A stretch of DNA of 64,000 nucleotides from Elusimicrobiota bacterium (GCA_041694815.1 JBGFSC010000025.1:1-64000); one strand, 5' to 3'; shown: positions 37,589 through 47,098, counted from the stretch's first letter. Notes: generated from the sequence alone by a model not told the origin. Numbers and translations: made by a program.

Positions 37589-38037
37589 TGCCCGCGCCGC
37601 AAAACGCCGCGCGCCGAGCCGCCCTCGTCAAGGGCGCCTCGAAGGCCAAGATCAAGGCCTTGGTCAACCTCTCGGCCTGCACGGGGTGCGAGGTCTGCAT
37701 CGCGGTATGCCCCGTTCCCGACTGCATCGAGAAATTCGGCGAGGATCCCACCAATTTCGGCGTCTACGTCAATTACGACATCTGCATCGGCTGCCAGCTC
37801 TGCGCCAAGGACTGCCCGTGGGATACGATAAGGATGGTACCGACGCCAAGCGTAGCGGGACATCAAACCTCGCTCGATTCCCAGCCTAACCATGAGCACG
37901 CCGTGTTCCAGCGGCCGGAGCTCGTGCCCGAGGAAATCCGCGGCTTCGTCGACAAACCGCCCTTTTCCGACCCCGCGGCGGCTCCGCTCTTCCAAAAGCA
38001 GAACCCCCAAGTCCCCAACATAATGGGCCCGAAGTAG
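37588..38037 (+). CDS. 2x[4Fe-4S] ferredoxin-like protein with a C-terminal extension
   Basis: CTGCEVCIAVCP and CIGCQLCAKDCP; TGATG coupling to bcp. Confidence 0.88.
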   Translation: MPAPQNAARRAALVKGASKAKIKALVNLSACTGCEVCIAVCPVPDCIEKFGEDPTNFGVYVNYDICIGCQLCAKDCPWDTIRMVPTPSVAGHQTSLDSQPNHEHAVFQRPELVPEEIRGFVDKPPFSDPAAAPLFQKQNPQVPNIMGPK

Positions 38038-38202
38038 GCCCACGTTGCCCCACGTCCCGTCTTTTCTCATGTGGCCCCACGAGGAGTGGCGGGGGCGAAT
38101 TCGTGCCTGCAACGGAGTGCTGGCATTGAGGGACCCGAAGAAGATTCAAGGTTTTGATCAGGAGTTGGCCCAGATTTTGAAGGAACGGTTTCCCTTGGAG
38201 CC

Positions 38203-39756
38203 ATGAGGGCGTTGCTTTGCGCTGCCGCGCTCATTTTCGGAGAGCCGATCCTGGTCCATGCGGTCGCCATCGATGTCCATCTGCATGCCTTCAGCGGGAA
38301 ATCCTGGGGCAAGCGGGTCACGGGGCCGGATATCATCCGAGAACTGGATGCCGCCGGAATTGATCGCGGCATCGTCATCTCGGCTGGGTATTTCGGTGGC
38401 TTCAGGAGCCTGGTATTCGGTAGGTCTCGCAAGAAAGTCGAATTGGAGAACGATTATATCGCGGAGTTGGTTAAGGCCCATCCTTCGCGGCTGGCCGGCG
38501 CATGCGGTGTCCACCCATTCGATGAATGGGCTGAAGCGGAGTTGCTGCGGTGCGCCAAGGAGCTTGACTTCAGGGCAGTGAAGGTCCATCCCAATGCGCA
38601 GCGGATCGATATCATGGATGAGGAGCAGAGGTCCAAGCTGCAAGGATTCCTCGCCAGAGCGGGGCAATTGAACATGGTAGTGCTCATGCACGCCTATGGG
38701 AAGCCTTTGGAGTTCAACAAGGAGCTTTACAGGATGGCGGCGACAATGCCGGAAACGGCATTCGTATTTCTCCATGCCTTTGGGAGTGACTTGACGGCGA
38801 TGGTGCGTGAGGTCTCGCAAGGCAGGCTGCCCAAGCCCGCCAACATCTTTATCGACATAAGCGGCACGGTGCAGGAAGCAAAAGGCCAGAAGGCGCTTGC
38901 CTCGGCTATTCGGGAGCTTGGGGTCGACCGCATCCTTTTCGGCTCAGACTTTCCGGTTTTCAAGCCGGCGGCCGGCCTGGAGGTGTTGCGGAAGCTGCCG
39001 CTCACACCGCGAGAGATCGAGCGAATTCTATCGAACGCGGGCCCTTTCTCAGTTCGACGAATTTCAGGCGCTTCCTGGAAAGCCTTCTCGGACCGCATGA
39101 CCGATCTATTCCGCGCCGGGAAATACGCGGAGGCCGCTCAGGTCGGCGAAAACGCGGTGAAGGCGGCCGAGGACTCCTTGGGTGGCAACGACCTAAACGT
39201 GGCCGGCGCTCTTGAGCGTCTGGCCATGAGCTATTTCGCCCAAGGGAAGTTCGCGGAGGCAACCCCGGTGGCGCGTCGGGCGCTCTTGATCTATGAATCC
39301 AAAGTTGGAAAAAACGCCCGCGAGATCGTGGACCCAGCGAAGATCCTTGGCGCGATCTATCTTATGCAGGGTGACCTAGACCAGGCCGAGCCGCTCCTTG
39401 AGCGCGCCGTAAGGATGTCCCGCAAATTTTTCGGAAAGCGGCACGTCGAGACGGCCAAGCAGCTCGGCAACCTGGGTGCGCTCTACATGGCCCGGAAAAA
39501 ACCCGCGAAGGCGAGGCGCCATTTCGAGGAGGCGCTGGCGATTTGGGGCGATAAGCCTGACGCGGTCTATGGGGCGATGACCATGGTTAATCTTGGCAAG
39601 ATTCGCGCGGATGATGGCGACTTGGACGGGGCGGATGCCCTATTTCGGAAGGCTTTGGCCCTGCGCGAGCAGGCCTTCGGCCGGGAGCATCCTCAGACAA
39701 AAAACATCGCGGACAGCTACGCCCAGTTTCAGCAGAAGGGAGGGCTCGCGCCCTAA
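38203..39756 (+). CDS. Amidohydrolase_2-type metallohydrolase fused to TPR repeats
   Basis: IDVHLH, VKVHP, LMH, FLHAFG, ILFGSDFP; C-terminal TPRs (AEPLLERA, LGNLGALY, FGREHPQT). Confidence 0.85.
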   Translation: MRALLCAAALIFGEPILVHAVAIDVHLHAFSGKSWGKRVTGPDIIRELDAAGIDRGIVISAGYFGGFRSLVFGRSRKKVELENDYIAELVKAHPSRLAGACGVHPFDEWAEAELLRCAKELDFRAVKVHPNAQRIDIMDEEQRSKLQGFLARAGQLNMVVLMHAYGKPLEFNKELYRMAATMPETAFVFLHAFGSDLTAMVREVSQGRLPKPANIFIDISGTVQEAKGQKALASAIRELGVDRILFGSDFPVFKPAAGLEVLRKLPLTPREIERILSNAGPFSVRRISGASWKAFSDRMTDLFRAGKYAEAAQVGENAVKAAEDSLGGNDLNVAGALERLAMSYFAQGKFAEATPVARRALLIYESKVGKNAREIVDPAKILGAIYLMQGDLDQAEPLLERAVRMSRKFFGKRHVETAKQLGNLGALYMARKKPAKARRHFEEALAIWGDKPDAVYGAMTMVNLGKIRADDGDLDGADALFRKALALREQAFGREHPQTKNIADSYAQFQQKGGLAP

Positions 39757-39777
39757 GTTGAAACGAACACTGGACAA

Positions 39778-39799
39778 AATATAACCTATCTGTTATATT
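39778..39799. promoter_or_regulatory. Inverted-repeat operator overlapping the TA promoter
   Basis: AATATAAC-N6-GTTATATT inside TGGACA-N17-TATATT. Confidence 0.7.
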
Positions 39800-39803
39800 A
39801 TAA

Positions 39804-40142
39804 ATGAGCTTCCTGAAGATATGCTACTACCCAGAAGGCAAGTCAGGTCCAGTCAAGGACTTCTTGGACGAATTGGCGGCACAGCGTCTAGGGGCTTATG
39901 TAAAGCTGGCCCTAGATTTGGAGATCCTGGGAGCCGAGGGCCTAAGGTCGAAGCAAATTACGATACGGCCCTTGGGCCAGGGCTTATGGGAGCTCAAGAG
40001 GTTGTTTGAGGGAATGCAGTACCGGATATTCTTCTGCGTGGAGAAGGGATGCGCTTGGCTCTTGCACGCGATCGAGAAGAAAAGCGCCAAGACGCCGTTG
40101 GATGATATGAGGCTGGCCAGAAAACGAATGAGGGGAATATGA
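39804..40142 (+). CDS. RelE/HigB-like toxin (Gp49/DUF891 type)
   Basis: PVKDFL, LGQGLWELK, YRIFF, LLHAIEKKSAKTP..LARKR. Confidence 0.85.
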   Translation: MSFLKICYYPEGKSGPVKDFLDELAAQRLGAYVKLALDLEILGAEGLRSKQITIRPLGQGLWELKRLFEGMQYRIFFCVEKGCAWLLHAIEKKSAKTPLDDMRLARKRMRGI

Positions 40143-40489
40143 GAAAGGTAACTCAAAGCGGATTCGACGCCCATCTTCAGGAGATGCTGGCGAAAAACCC
40201 CAAATTAGCCGAGGAATACGCCAAGCAGTTCGCGGAGCTTCCCCTGCCTACGCAGCTCTCGGTCATGCGGCGCAGGAAGTGGCTGTCGCAGAAGGCAGTG
40301 GCCAAGGCGCTCCGCGTCAAACAGCCGCATGTGGCCCGTATGGAGAGTCCTGGCCACGATCCCAGGCTATCCTCAGTTGTCAGCCAGGCCAGGGCCCTTC
40401 ATTGCCATTTGATGGTGGTCCCAGATGAGCTTCTGGCGAAGGTCGCCCATCTCGTGGCTGCTGAGCAACAGGTGTATGGGAGCCGCTGA
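40139..40489 (+). CDS. XRE/HTH antitoxin (HigA-like)
   Basis: LSQKAVAKALRVKQPHVARME HTH; toxin-first order with ATGA overlap. Confidence 0.82.
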   Translation: MRKVTQSGFDAHLQEMLAKNPKLAEEYAKQFAELPLPTQLSVMRRRKWLSQKAVAKALRVKQPHVARMESPGHDPRLSSVVSQARALHCHLMVVPDELLAKVAHLVAAEQQVYGSR

Positions 40490-40545
40490 TGGCCTGTGGT
40501 AGCAAAACTGCAACCGAAATGGAGCTAGTGTCGATGAGAACGTAT

Positions 40546-40770
40546 TGTCCGTTGGACACCATCAGGATGGTGCCCACCGCAACTGTGTCCGGACACACCA
40601 CAAGCCTAGACTCCCAACCCAACCACGAATACGCTGTCTTCTCGCGCCCTGACCTCGTTCCCGAGGAAATCCGCGGCTTCGTCGACAAACCGCCCTTTTC
40701 CGACCCCGCGGCGGCTCCGCTTTTCCAAAAGCAGAACCCCCAAGTGCCAGGGATGATGTCGCCAAAGTAG
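40546..40770 (+). pseudogene. Duplicated 3' fragment of the ferredoxin-like gene
   Basis: Encodes CPLDTIRMVPT..SLDSQPNHE..VPEEIRGFVDKPPFSDPAAAPLFQKQNPQVP; both Fe-S motifs are missing. Confidence 0.9.
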
Positions 40771-40807
40771 TTCGGAACCCGTCGAAATTCTTCTATCAGA
40801 ATTCTTC

Positions 40808-40836
40808 TTGACAAAATGTAATGCATACCATACAAT
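40808..40836 (+). promoter_or_regulatory. Sigma70 promoter
   Basis: TTGACA-N17-TACAAT. Confidence 0.75.
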
Positions 40837-40859
40837 CGATTATGTAAGGCTTGCTTTAT

Positions 40860-41069
40860 ATGTCTAATAAGATCCGTAATCAAGTGCGCGAGCTGCGTAC
40901 GCGCGCCGAACTAACCCAAGAGCAGTTGGCTTGGAAGGTGGGCGTGACTCGCGTAACAATCAACTGCCTCGAAAACGGCGTCTATCTACCCAGCATTGAG
41001 CTCGCACTCAGACTGGCCCGCTTCTTTCGGCGTCCGGTGGAGGAGATCTTTATAATGGAGGAACAGTGA
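40860..41069 (+). CDS. Small XRE-family (HTH_3) regulator
   Basis: LTQEQLAWKVGVTRVTINCLENGVYLPSIELA..VEEIF. Confidence 0.9.
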   Translation: MSNKIRNQVRELRTRAELTQEQLAWKVGVTRVTINCLENGVYLPSIELALRLARFFRRPVEEIFIMEEQ

Positions 41070-41734
41070 TGAAAAAAATCGCTCTCAAGGTTCGCAATCT
41101 CACCCTGCTTTACCTAAAGTGGGCATGGCCTATTTTGCTGACTGATATCGCCCTTGAAACCTGGGCTGGTCCGCCGGCCGCGCCTTGGCGCTCCTTCCTC
41201 AACAGCGCCGCCTTCATATGGATACTTTGTTCTCCGATCGCACCGCTTACATTCCTATTCGACCGCGATCGTCGCGAGCGATTTATGGCGCGTCTATGCG
41301 GGCTGCGTGAAGGGGATGAGCGTGAGCGCGCGGTAACTGGCGAAGCGGCGCGTGCGACCCTCCTATTTGGCCTATCTTTACAGACAATTCTCCTGGTTCT
41401 GAGCTTGGTCAGCGTGCGTTTGTCCTGGGACCCCGGCGCGGCGAAAGGAGAGAAACACGGGCTGTTGTCGGTGGGAATGGGGTTTTCGTCATCGCGTCAT
41501 CTTGACCCATTTGGAACTCCTCCAGAAAAGCGACGGGCGACTCTCAGTCTCGGCGCGGTTGATCCTAAGGAAAGCGAGATTGATATAGCCGGCGGCTTCC
41601 TTTTGGCGCCGTCTACGTTCCCGGTGCTAGCGCTTATCATCTTGATCCAATTGGCGGCCTTTAAGGTTTTTGCCATGCGCCGGTATGAAGGGATCGAATT
41701 GGTAGAATACCTAGCTCACGCGCGCAAAAAATGA
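41069..41734 (+). CDS. Membrane protein with a DERE motif
   Basis: About four hydrophobic segments, EGDERERAV; coupled to the XRE gene. Confidence 0.7.
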   Translation: MKKIALKVRNLTLLYLKWAWPILLTDIALETWAGPPAAPWRSFLNSAAFIWILCSPIAPLTFLFDRDRRERFMARLCGLREGDERERAVTGEAARATLLFGLSLQTILLVLSLVSVRLSWDPGAAKGEKHGLLSVGMGFSSSRHLDPFGTPPEKRRATLSLGAVDPKESEIDIAGGFLLAPSTFPVLALIILIQLAAFKVFAMRRYEGIELVEYLAHARKK

Positions 41735-42327
41735 GCCCGGCCAGGCCGTTAAGCGATGGGCCGCGCTTTTTGCCGCTCACGCCGGCGCGCTGGCCGGATT
41801 TAGAAGAGCTCTTCGGCGAGCGCGGAGCCTGCGGAGGCTGCTGGTGCATGTGGTGGCGCCTGCCCAGATCCCAGTGGACGGCGCAAAAGGGCGATAAGAA
41901 CAAAAGGGCCTTCAAGAGTATCGTCGCTGCGGGAGAACGCCCCGGCATTATCGCGTACGTAGGTGGACAGCCGGCGGCATGGTGCGCCGTAGGCCCCCGT
42001 CAAAGCTTTCCGGGCCTCGAACGGTCCCGGACCCTCAAGCCCCTCGATGATAAGCCGGCCTGGGCCGTGACATGCTTCTTCGTGAGCAAGCCCTTCCGGG
42101 GCCGAGGCTTGAGCGTCAAGCTACTGGAAGCAGCCAAAAACTTCGTGCGGGAAAGAGGCGGCCGCATCCTGGAGGGCTATCCCATGGAACCAAAGTCCGG
42201 CCGCCTGCCCGAGGCCTTCGCGTGGACCGGCCTCGCTTCGGCGTTCCGGAAGGCGGGTTTCAAGGAAGCGGCGCGCCGGGGCTCTCGCCCTATCATGAGA
42301 TGCCATTTGCTTACATTCCGGCCATGA
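41731..42327 (+). CDS. GNAT-family acetyltransferase
   Basis: GGCWCMWWR, TCFFV..FRGRGLS..LL, LEGYP, FRKAGF. Confidence 0.88.
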   Translation: MSPARPLSDGPRFLPLTPARWPDLEELFGERGACGGCWCMWWRLPRSQWTAQKGDKNKRAFKSIVAAGERPGIIAYVGGQPAAWCAVGPRQSFPGLERSRTLKPLDDKPAWAVTCFFVSKPFRGRGLSVKLLEAAKNFVRERGGRILEGYPMEPKSGRLPEAFAWTGLASAFRKAGFKEAARRGSRPIMRCHLLTFRP

Positions 42328-42716
42328 AGGCAAAGCTGCTCTTCGTATGCGTCGAGAACGCCGCTCGCAGCCAGATGGCCGAGGGCTTCGCCAAACATCT
42401 CGGCAAGGGTCAAATCGACGCCTGGAGCGCTGGCTCCAAACCCTCCGGAGAAATCAATCCCGCGGCCGTCGAGGCCATGAAAAGCCATGGGATCGACATC
42501 AGCGGACAACGCTCCAAGGGCCTTTCGGAATTGCCGAAGCTGCCATGGGACTACGTGATCACGATGGGCTGTGGCGACGCCTGTCCATTGACACCCTCGA
42601 AAGCCAGGCTCGACTGGAACATCCCGGACCCGAAGGGACGGCCGCCGGAAGAAGTCTTGCGCATCTCAAAACAAATCGAGGAGCAGGTGCGCCTCCTTCT
42701 AGCACGGATGGCCTAA
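42324..42716 (+). CDS. arsC: LMW-PTP-fold arsenate reductase
   Basis: FVCVENAARSQMAEG, TMGCGDACP, WNIPDP. Confidence 0.88.
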   Translation: MKAKLLFVCVENAARSQMAEGFAKHLGKGQIDAWSAGSKPSGEINPAAVEAMKSHGIDISGQRSKGLSELPKLPWDYVITMGCGDACPLTPSKARLDWNIPDPKGRPPEEVLRISKQIEEQVRLLLARMA

Positions 42717-42745
42717 AATCCCTTTTTGATATAATTTTCTTTTCC

Positions 42746-44428
42746 ATGACGGCCCGCGATTTAGGCGTCCATATCGCGCTGGCGGCCCTCTACTTCGCGG
42801 CGGGCAAGCTTGGCTTAAGCCTAGCCTTCATCCATCCCAGCGCCACCGCTGTCTGGCCTCCGACGGGAATCGCGCTCGCGGCCCTGATCCTCATGGGAAG
42901 GCGTTTCTGGCCGGGAATTTTCGCCGGCGCCTTCATCGTCAACGCCACGACGGCCGGCAACGCCGCCACCTCGCTGGGCATCGCCGCGGGAAACACCCTC
43001 GAGGCCCTATTGGGCGCGGCCGTGATCGAACGCTTCGCCGGTGGAAGGGAGGCCTTCGATTCCCCGAGGCGCTTTTTCAACTTCGTTTTGGCCGGTACCG
43101 TTTGCCCGGTCATCAGCGCCACCATGGGAACCGGCAGCCTCTGGCTGGGCGGGTTCGTCCCTCACGCCGAATTCCTCTCCGTTTGGACCACCTGGTGGCT
43201 GGGCGACGTGTCGGGAGCGCTGCTCATCGCCCCGCTGATCATACTATGGGCCAATGAGCCAACACTCTCCTGGAGACCACTCCAATGGTTTGAAGCCGCC
43301 TTGATCCTGGCGGCGACAGGGGCGGTCGCTTGGATCGTGTTTTGGAACCCGCCCTTTTTTTCCTTGGCCTACCTGAGCGTCCCCATCCTGGTATGGACCG
43401 CTTTTCGCTTCGGCAGGCGCGAAACGGCGGTCGTGCTCTGCCTGCTGCTCGGCCTGGCCCTAGGGGCGACGCTCAACGGACGCGGGCCATTCGCCGCGGA
43501 CACGCCCCACCACTCGCTGCTGCGCCTGCAACTGTTCATGGCCATCATCGCCCTGACCAAGATGAGCCTGGCCATCATCATATGGCGGAACCTGCAGGTC
43601 GAGAACGCGCTGCGGCGGGCGCATGAAGAGCTCGAGGAACGCGTGAGGCAACGTACGCAGTCACTGCGGGAAAAATCGCTGGCACTGGAGCGCTCCAACC
43701 AGGACCTGCGCGAATTCGCCGCGGCCGCCTCGCATGACCTCCAGGAGCCCCTGCACAAGATCGCTAATTTCATCGAGCTTTTCCGCCAGAAATACTCCGG
43801 GAGGATAGACGCGGAGGCCGACCAGATTATCGGCTACGTGGTTGATGGCGCCTCGAGGATGGAGCGCCTCATCCGGGACCTGCTAAACTATTCGCGGGTA
43901 GGGCAGGCCGAGCTGGCCATGGCTCCTGTAGACATGAACGAGGCCTTAGACCAAGCCGAATCGAGCCTCGAGATATCCATCCGCCAATGCGGCGGGCGGG
44001 TCACGCGCGATCTACTGCCTAAAGTGCTGGCCAACGAGACCCATATGGTACAGCTGTTCCAAAACCTCGTAGGGAACGCCATTAAGTTCCGGGCGGAGCA
44101 AGCGCCCCTCGTCCACGTTTCCGCGAGGCACAGAAACGGGGAATGGATATTCTCGGTGTCGGACAACGGGATCGGGATAGAGCCCAAATACGCCGAGCGC
44201 ATCTTCGGCATATTCCAACGCCTGCACCCGCGCTCGCGCTATGGGGGCACAGGAATCGGCCTGGCCTTATGCCGCAAGATACTCGAGCGACACGGTGGAA
44301 AAATCTGGGTGGAATCCGAGCCTGGGAAAGGCTCGACCTTCCGCTTTACCCTGCCTTTTTCGGGGTCTTCGCCGGCGGGCTCGCGGGCGCTTGCGCCGGC
44401 TTCGCCGTCTCCGGACGCTGGGCGATAG
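42746..44428 (+). CDS. MASE1-domain sensor histidine kinase
   Basis: VWPPTGIALA, GNTLEA, WWLGD (MASE1); SHDLQEPL, NLVGNAIKF, DNGIGI, GTGIGL. Confidence 0.9.
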   Translation: MTARDLGVHIALAALYFAAGKLGLSLAFIHPSATAVWPPTGIALAALILMGRRFWPGIFAGAFIVNATTAGNAATSLGIAAGNTLEALLGAAVIERFAGGREAFDSPRRFFNFVLAGTVCPVISATMGTGSLWLGGFVPHAEFLSVWTTWWLGDVSGALLIAPLIILWANEPTLSWRPLQWFEAALILAATGAVAWIVFWNPPFFSLAYLSVPILVWTAFRFGRRETAVVLCLLLGLALGATLNGRGPFAADTPHHSLLRLQLFMAIIALTKMSLAIIIWRNLQVENALRRAHEELEERVRQRTQSLREKSLALERSNQDLREFAAAASHDLQEPLHKIANFIELFRQKYSGRIDAEADQIIGYVVDGASRMERLIRDLLNYSRVGQAELAMAPVDMNEALDQAESSLEISIRQCGGRVTRDLLPKVLANETHMVQLFQNLVGNAIKFRAEQAPLVHVSARHRNGEWIFSVSDNGIGIEPKYAERIFGIFQRLHPRSRYGGTGIGLALCRKILERHGGKIWVESEPGKGSTFRFTLPFSGSSPAGSRALAPASPSPDAGR

Positions 44429-45020
44429 CATCGACGGTAAATTTGGCTCCCTTGACCTCACGATCGGAAACGCGCTCCAAGTACTTGCACGTCTCCACGT
44501 CGAGCCGTATGCGGTCTCCCTCCTCTATGAACTGGGGGACCATGACGGTAAAGCCGTTCTCGAGAACGGCTTCCTTAAGCGTCGAATCCGAGCCTCGAAG
44601 GCCGGCGCCGGTGCTCGAGACCGTCAGCTCGACGACCGGCGGAAAGAGCACGGATAGCGGTTTGTCCTCGTAGAATTCCAGCTCGCAGACGTCGTTTTCC
44701 TTCAGGAACGGAGCCGCCGGTCCCACGGCATGCTTCGGGATGATGATCTGATCGTAGGACTCGGGGTTCATGAAGCAGAAATTATCGCCGTCGCGGTAGA
44801 GCATCTGCATCTTGGTTCGCGTGACTGAGATGTCTTCGATCTTGTCCTCTGGATTCAGGCGTCGCTCGATTACGTGGCCGGTGGTCAGATTGCGCAGCTT
44901 GGCGTGTACCATTGAGCCGGCCTTGCCGCCGCCCGCGTGTACGAGCGATTCAACCACCTTGTACAATTCCTTCTCGAAACGGATCACGTTGCCCATCCTC
45001 AAAGTAGACGCTGCGATCAT
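44346..45020 (-). CDS. efp: Elongation factor P-family protein with an atypical loop
   Basis: ASTLRMGNVI, KLRNLTTG, YRDGDNFCFMNPESYDQ, KEAVLENG..VPQFIEEGD; loop HAGGGKAG. Confidence 0.88.
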   Translation of the reverse strand: MIAASTLRMGNVIRFEKELYKVVESLVHAGGGKAGSMVHAKLRNLTTGHVIERRLNPEDKIEDISVTRTKMQMLYRDGDNFCFMNPESYDQIIIPKHAVGPAAPFLKENDVCELEFYEDKPLSVLFPPVVELTVSSTGAGLRGSDSTLKEAVLENGFTVMVPQFIEEGDRIRLDVETCKYLERVSDREVKGAKFTVDAIAQRPETAKPAQAPASPPAKTPKKAG

Positions 45021-45067
45021 AAGACCTCCAGTGGATGCCTGGCACCATTATAAAATATAACGCTTCG

Positions 45068-46138
45068 ATGACTCTTTACGGGCTGCTGCGGTACTTCCTG
45101 AAACTCGGAGCCGTAGGCTTCGGGGGCCCCGTACCTCTCGTCGGCTACATGAAGCGCGACTTGGTGGATGAACGGCGCTGGTTCACCGAGGACGATTTCA
45201 GGCAAGGGCTGGCCCTCTCTAAACTTTCGCCCGGGCCTTTAGCCACGCAGCTAGCGATGTACTTCGGATACGTCGCCGGCGGCGTGCGAGGAGCCACCGG
45301 TGTGGCGATCGCCTTCCTGCTGCCCTCGTTTTTGATCGTCCTGGCCCTGGCCAAGGTCTATACTGCCTACGGGGGATTGGCCTGGATGCGCGCCCTCTTC
45401 TACGGCGTCGGCGCCGCCCTCGTCGGAGTCATCGCCCGTTCAGCCTACCGCCTTACCACCACCGCCCTGGGAGGACGACGCCTATTGTGGGCGCTCTACG
45501 CGACAATGGCATTGAGCACGATCGTAACCCGAAGTGAACACATTATCCTGTTCGTGATGTGCGGGCTCGTTTCCCTGATGGCCTACGCCTCCCCGGGTTT
45601 TTCGGCTCGGCCACGCGAGGCGGCGCTGCCTTGGTTGATCCTTCTATACTTCGGGAAGGCGGGCTTCGTGGTCTTCGGCAGCGGATTAGCCATCATTCCC
45701 TACCTTTACGGCGGCGTGGTCGAGCAATACGCCTGGCTTACCCCCGAGCAGTTCCGCGACGCGGTGGCCGTGGCCATGATCACCCCGGGACCAGCGCTCA
45801 TTACCGTGGCCTTTATCGGTTACCTGGTCGCGGGGTTGTCCGGAGCACTGCTCGCCTCCCTCGGCGTGTTCTTGCCCGTCTATTTGATCGTGGTGCTTTT
45901 CGCTTCCTGGTTCAGGCGGCATGCGGAGCATCCCCGGCTCAAGGCTTTCGTCGACGGGGTGACCGCGGCGGCGCTGGGGGCGCTGGCGGGCGGCGTCGCG
46001 CTGCTAGCCCGGACTTCGTTGACGGACCCAAGCACCGTATTCATCTGCGCCCTAACGGTACTCGTATCGGCAAAAAGCAAATTGCCCGACCCTCTCCTCC
46101 TGGCGTTGGCCGGAGCGGCAGGATTGATTATTTATTAA
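45068..46138 (+). CDS. chrA: Chromate transporter (long-chain CHR)
   Basis: LGAVGFGGP, SPGPLATQ, FGSGLAI, AMITPGP. Confidence 0.88.
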   Translation: MTLYGLLRYFLKLGAVGFGGPVPLVGYMKRDLVDERRWFTEDDFRQGLALSKLSPGPLATQLAMYFGYVAGGVRGATGVAIAFLLPSFLIVLALAKVYTAYGGLAWMRALFYGVGAALVGVIARSAYRLTTTALGGRRLLWALYATMALSTIVTRSEHIILFVMCGLVSLMAYASPGFSARPREAALPWLILLYFGKAGFVVFGSGLAIIPYLYGGVVEQYAWLTPEQFRDAVAVAMITPGPALITVAFIGYLVAGLSGALLASLGVFLPVYLIVVLFASWFRRHAEHPRLKAFVDGVTAAALGALAGGVALLARTSLTDPSTVFICALTVLVSAKSKLPDPLLLALAGAAGLIIY

Positions 46139-46154
46139 CGGAATTGCCCTTAAC

Positions 46155-46925
46155 TCAGGCGGGGGCCAGCCGCTCGAGCAGCTCCATGACCCTCGGCTCC
46201 CGCCCGCGCAGCACCCTTCTCAAGCGCTCATCGAGCGCCGCCCAACGGGCGTCGCCCGCCGGCCAGCCCGCCACCTTCCTGAGCCGGCGCAATGTCGCGG
46301 GGTCTCCGAGGCTCTCCAGGGGAATGCGCGCCCATAGCTCGCGCGCGCGCTGAAAATCGCCGCGCTCGTAAAAGATGTTGCCCAGGTAGGAAAGCGCCTC
46401 GACATTGGCCGGATCGATGTCCAGCGCCCGGTACAGGATACGGATGGCGGCGGCGGCCCGGCCGAGGCGGTGATTGCAGACCCCGAGGCCTATGAAAGCC
46501 CGCGCGCAGCCGGGCTGCCAACGGGCGGCCAAGGCGTGGCAGCGCGCGGCCTCCATCAGCAGTCCGTGCTTATAAACAGTTTGGCCCAAACGGTTGGCTA
46601 ACTCCGAGCTGGGTTCCGTCCTCAAGGCCTGCCGAACGCAATCGACGGCCGCCTCGGCGCGTCCAAGGTTTAGATACGCCTCGGCCAGGCCGTGCAATAG
46701 ATCACCGCCACCGCCGTGCCTGGCGTAGAGATCCTCCAGGATGGAGCAGGCCTCCGGATAATCCCCCATGTTGAGATGGCCCATCGCGGCCCCCAAAAGC
46801 AGGTCGCGGTCGCCGGGAAAACGAACGGCCCCTTCTTGAAAACAGCGCAAGGCTCGGGCAAAATCGCCGCGGCCGTAAAACGTCAAACCCTCCTCCTCGT
46901 ACTGGTCGCTGGTCTTGCATTCCAT
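46155..46925 (-). CDS. TPR-repeat protein
   Basis: Several TPR units; SD GGGAGG before ATG 46925. Confidence 0.8.
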   Translation of the reverse strand: MECKTSDQYEEEGLTFYGRGDFARALRCFQEGAVRFPGDRDLLLGAAMGHLNMGDYPEACSILEDLYARHGGGGDLLHGLAEAYLNLGRAEAAVDCVRQALRTEPSSELANRLGQTVYKHGLLMEAARCHALAARWQPGCARAFIGLGVCNHRLGRAAAAIRILYRALDIDPANVEALSYLGNIFYERGDFQRARELWARIPLESLGDPATLRRLRKVAGWPAGDARWAALDERLRRVLRGREPRVMELLERLAPA

Positions 46926-47098
46926 GGCGGCCTCCCGATGTTCGAGCGCCTTTTGGGCGCCTGTATCGACCTTTCTGTTGCTCAATTCTCTGGAAACAAA
47001 GACCCCGGTCCTGCATGCACGATAGCCGCACGGACTAGGGTCTGCTCGCTCCGGAATCAACCGTTCCGGCCCGACATCTTTAGTATGGCAGCAGCGCG

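Larger units (their letters stand above)
38038..40770. mobile_element. Small genomic island bounded by a direct repeat of the ferredoxin 3' end
   Basis: 37813-38037 is repeated at 40546-40770 (offset 2733 bp); the island carries a TA pair; parts have lower GC; no integrase. Confidence 0.6.

Noticed and set aside
40489..40770. 93-aa ORF as an independent gene
   Set aside because: Only the duplicated tail is meaningful and the Fe-S motifs are absent; treated as a fragment.
42324..46138. arsC and chrA as a metal-resistance island
   Set aside because: They are separated by a kinase and efp, with no arsR/arsB/acr3/chrB and no mobility genes.
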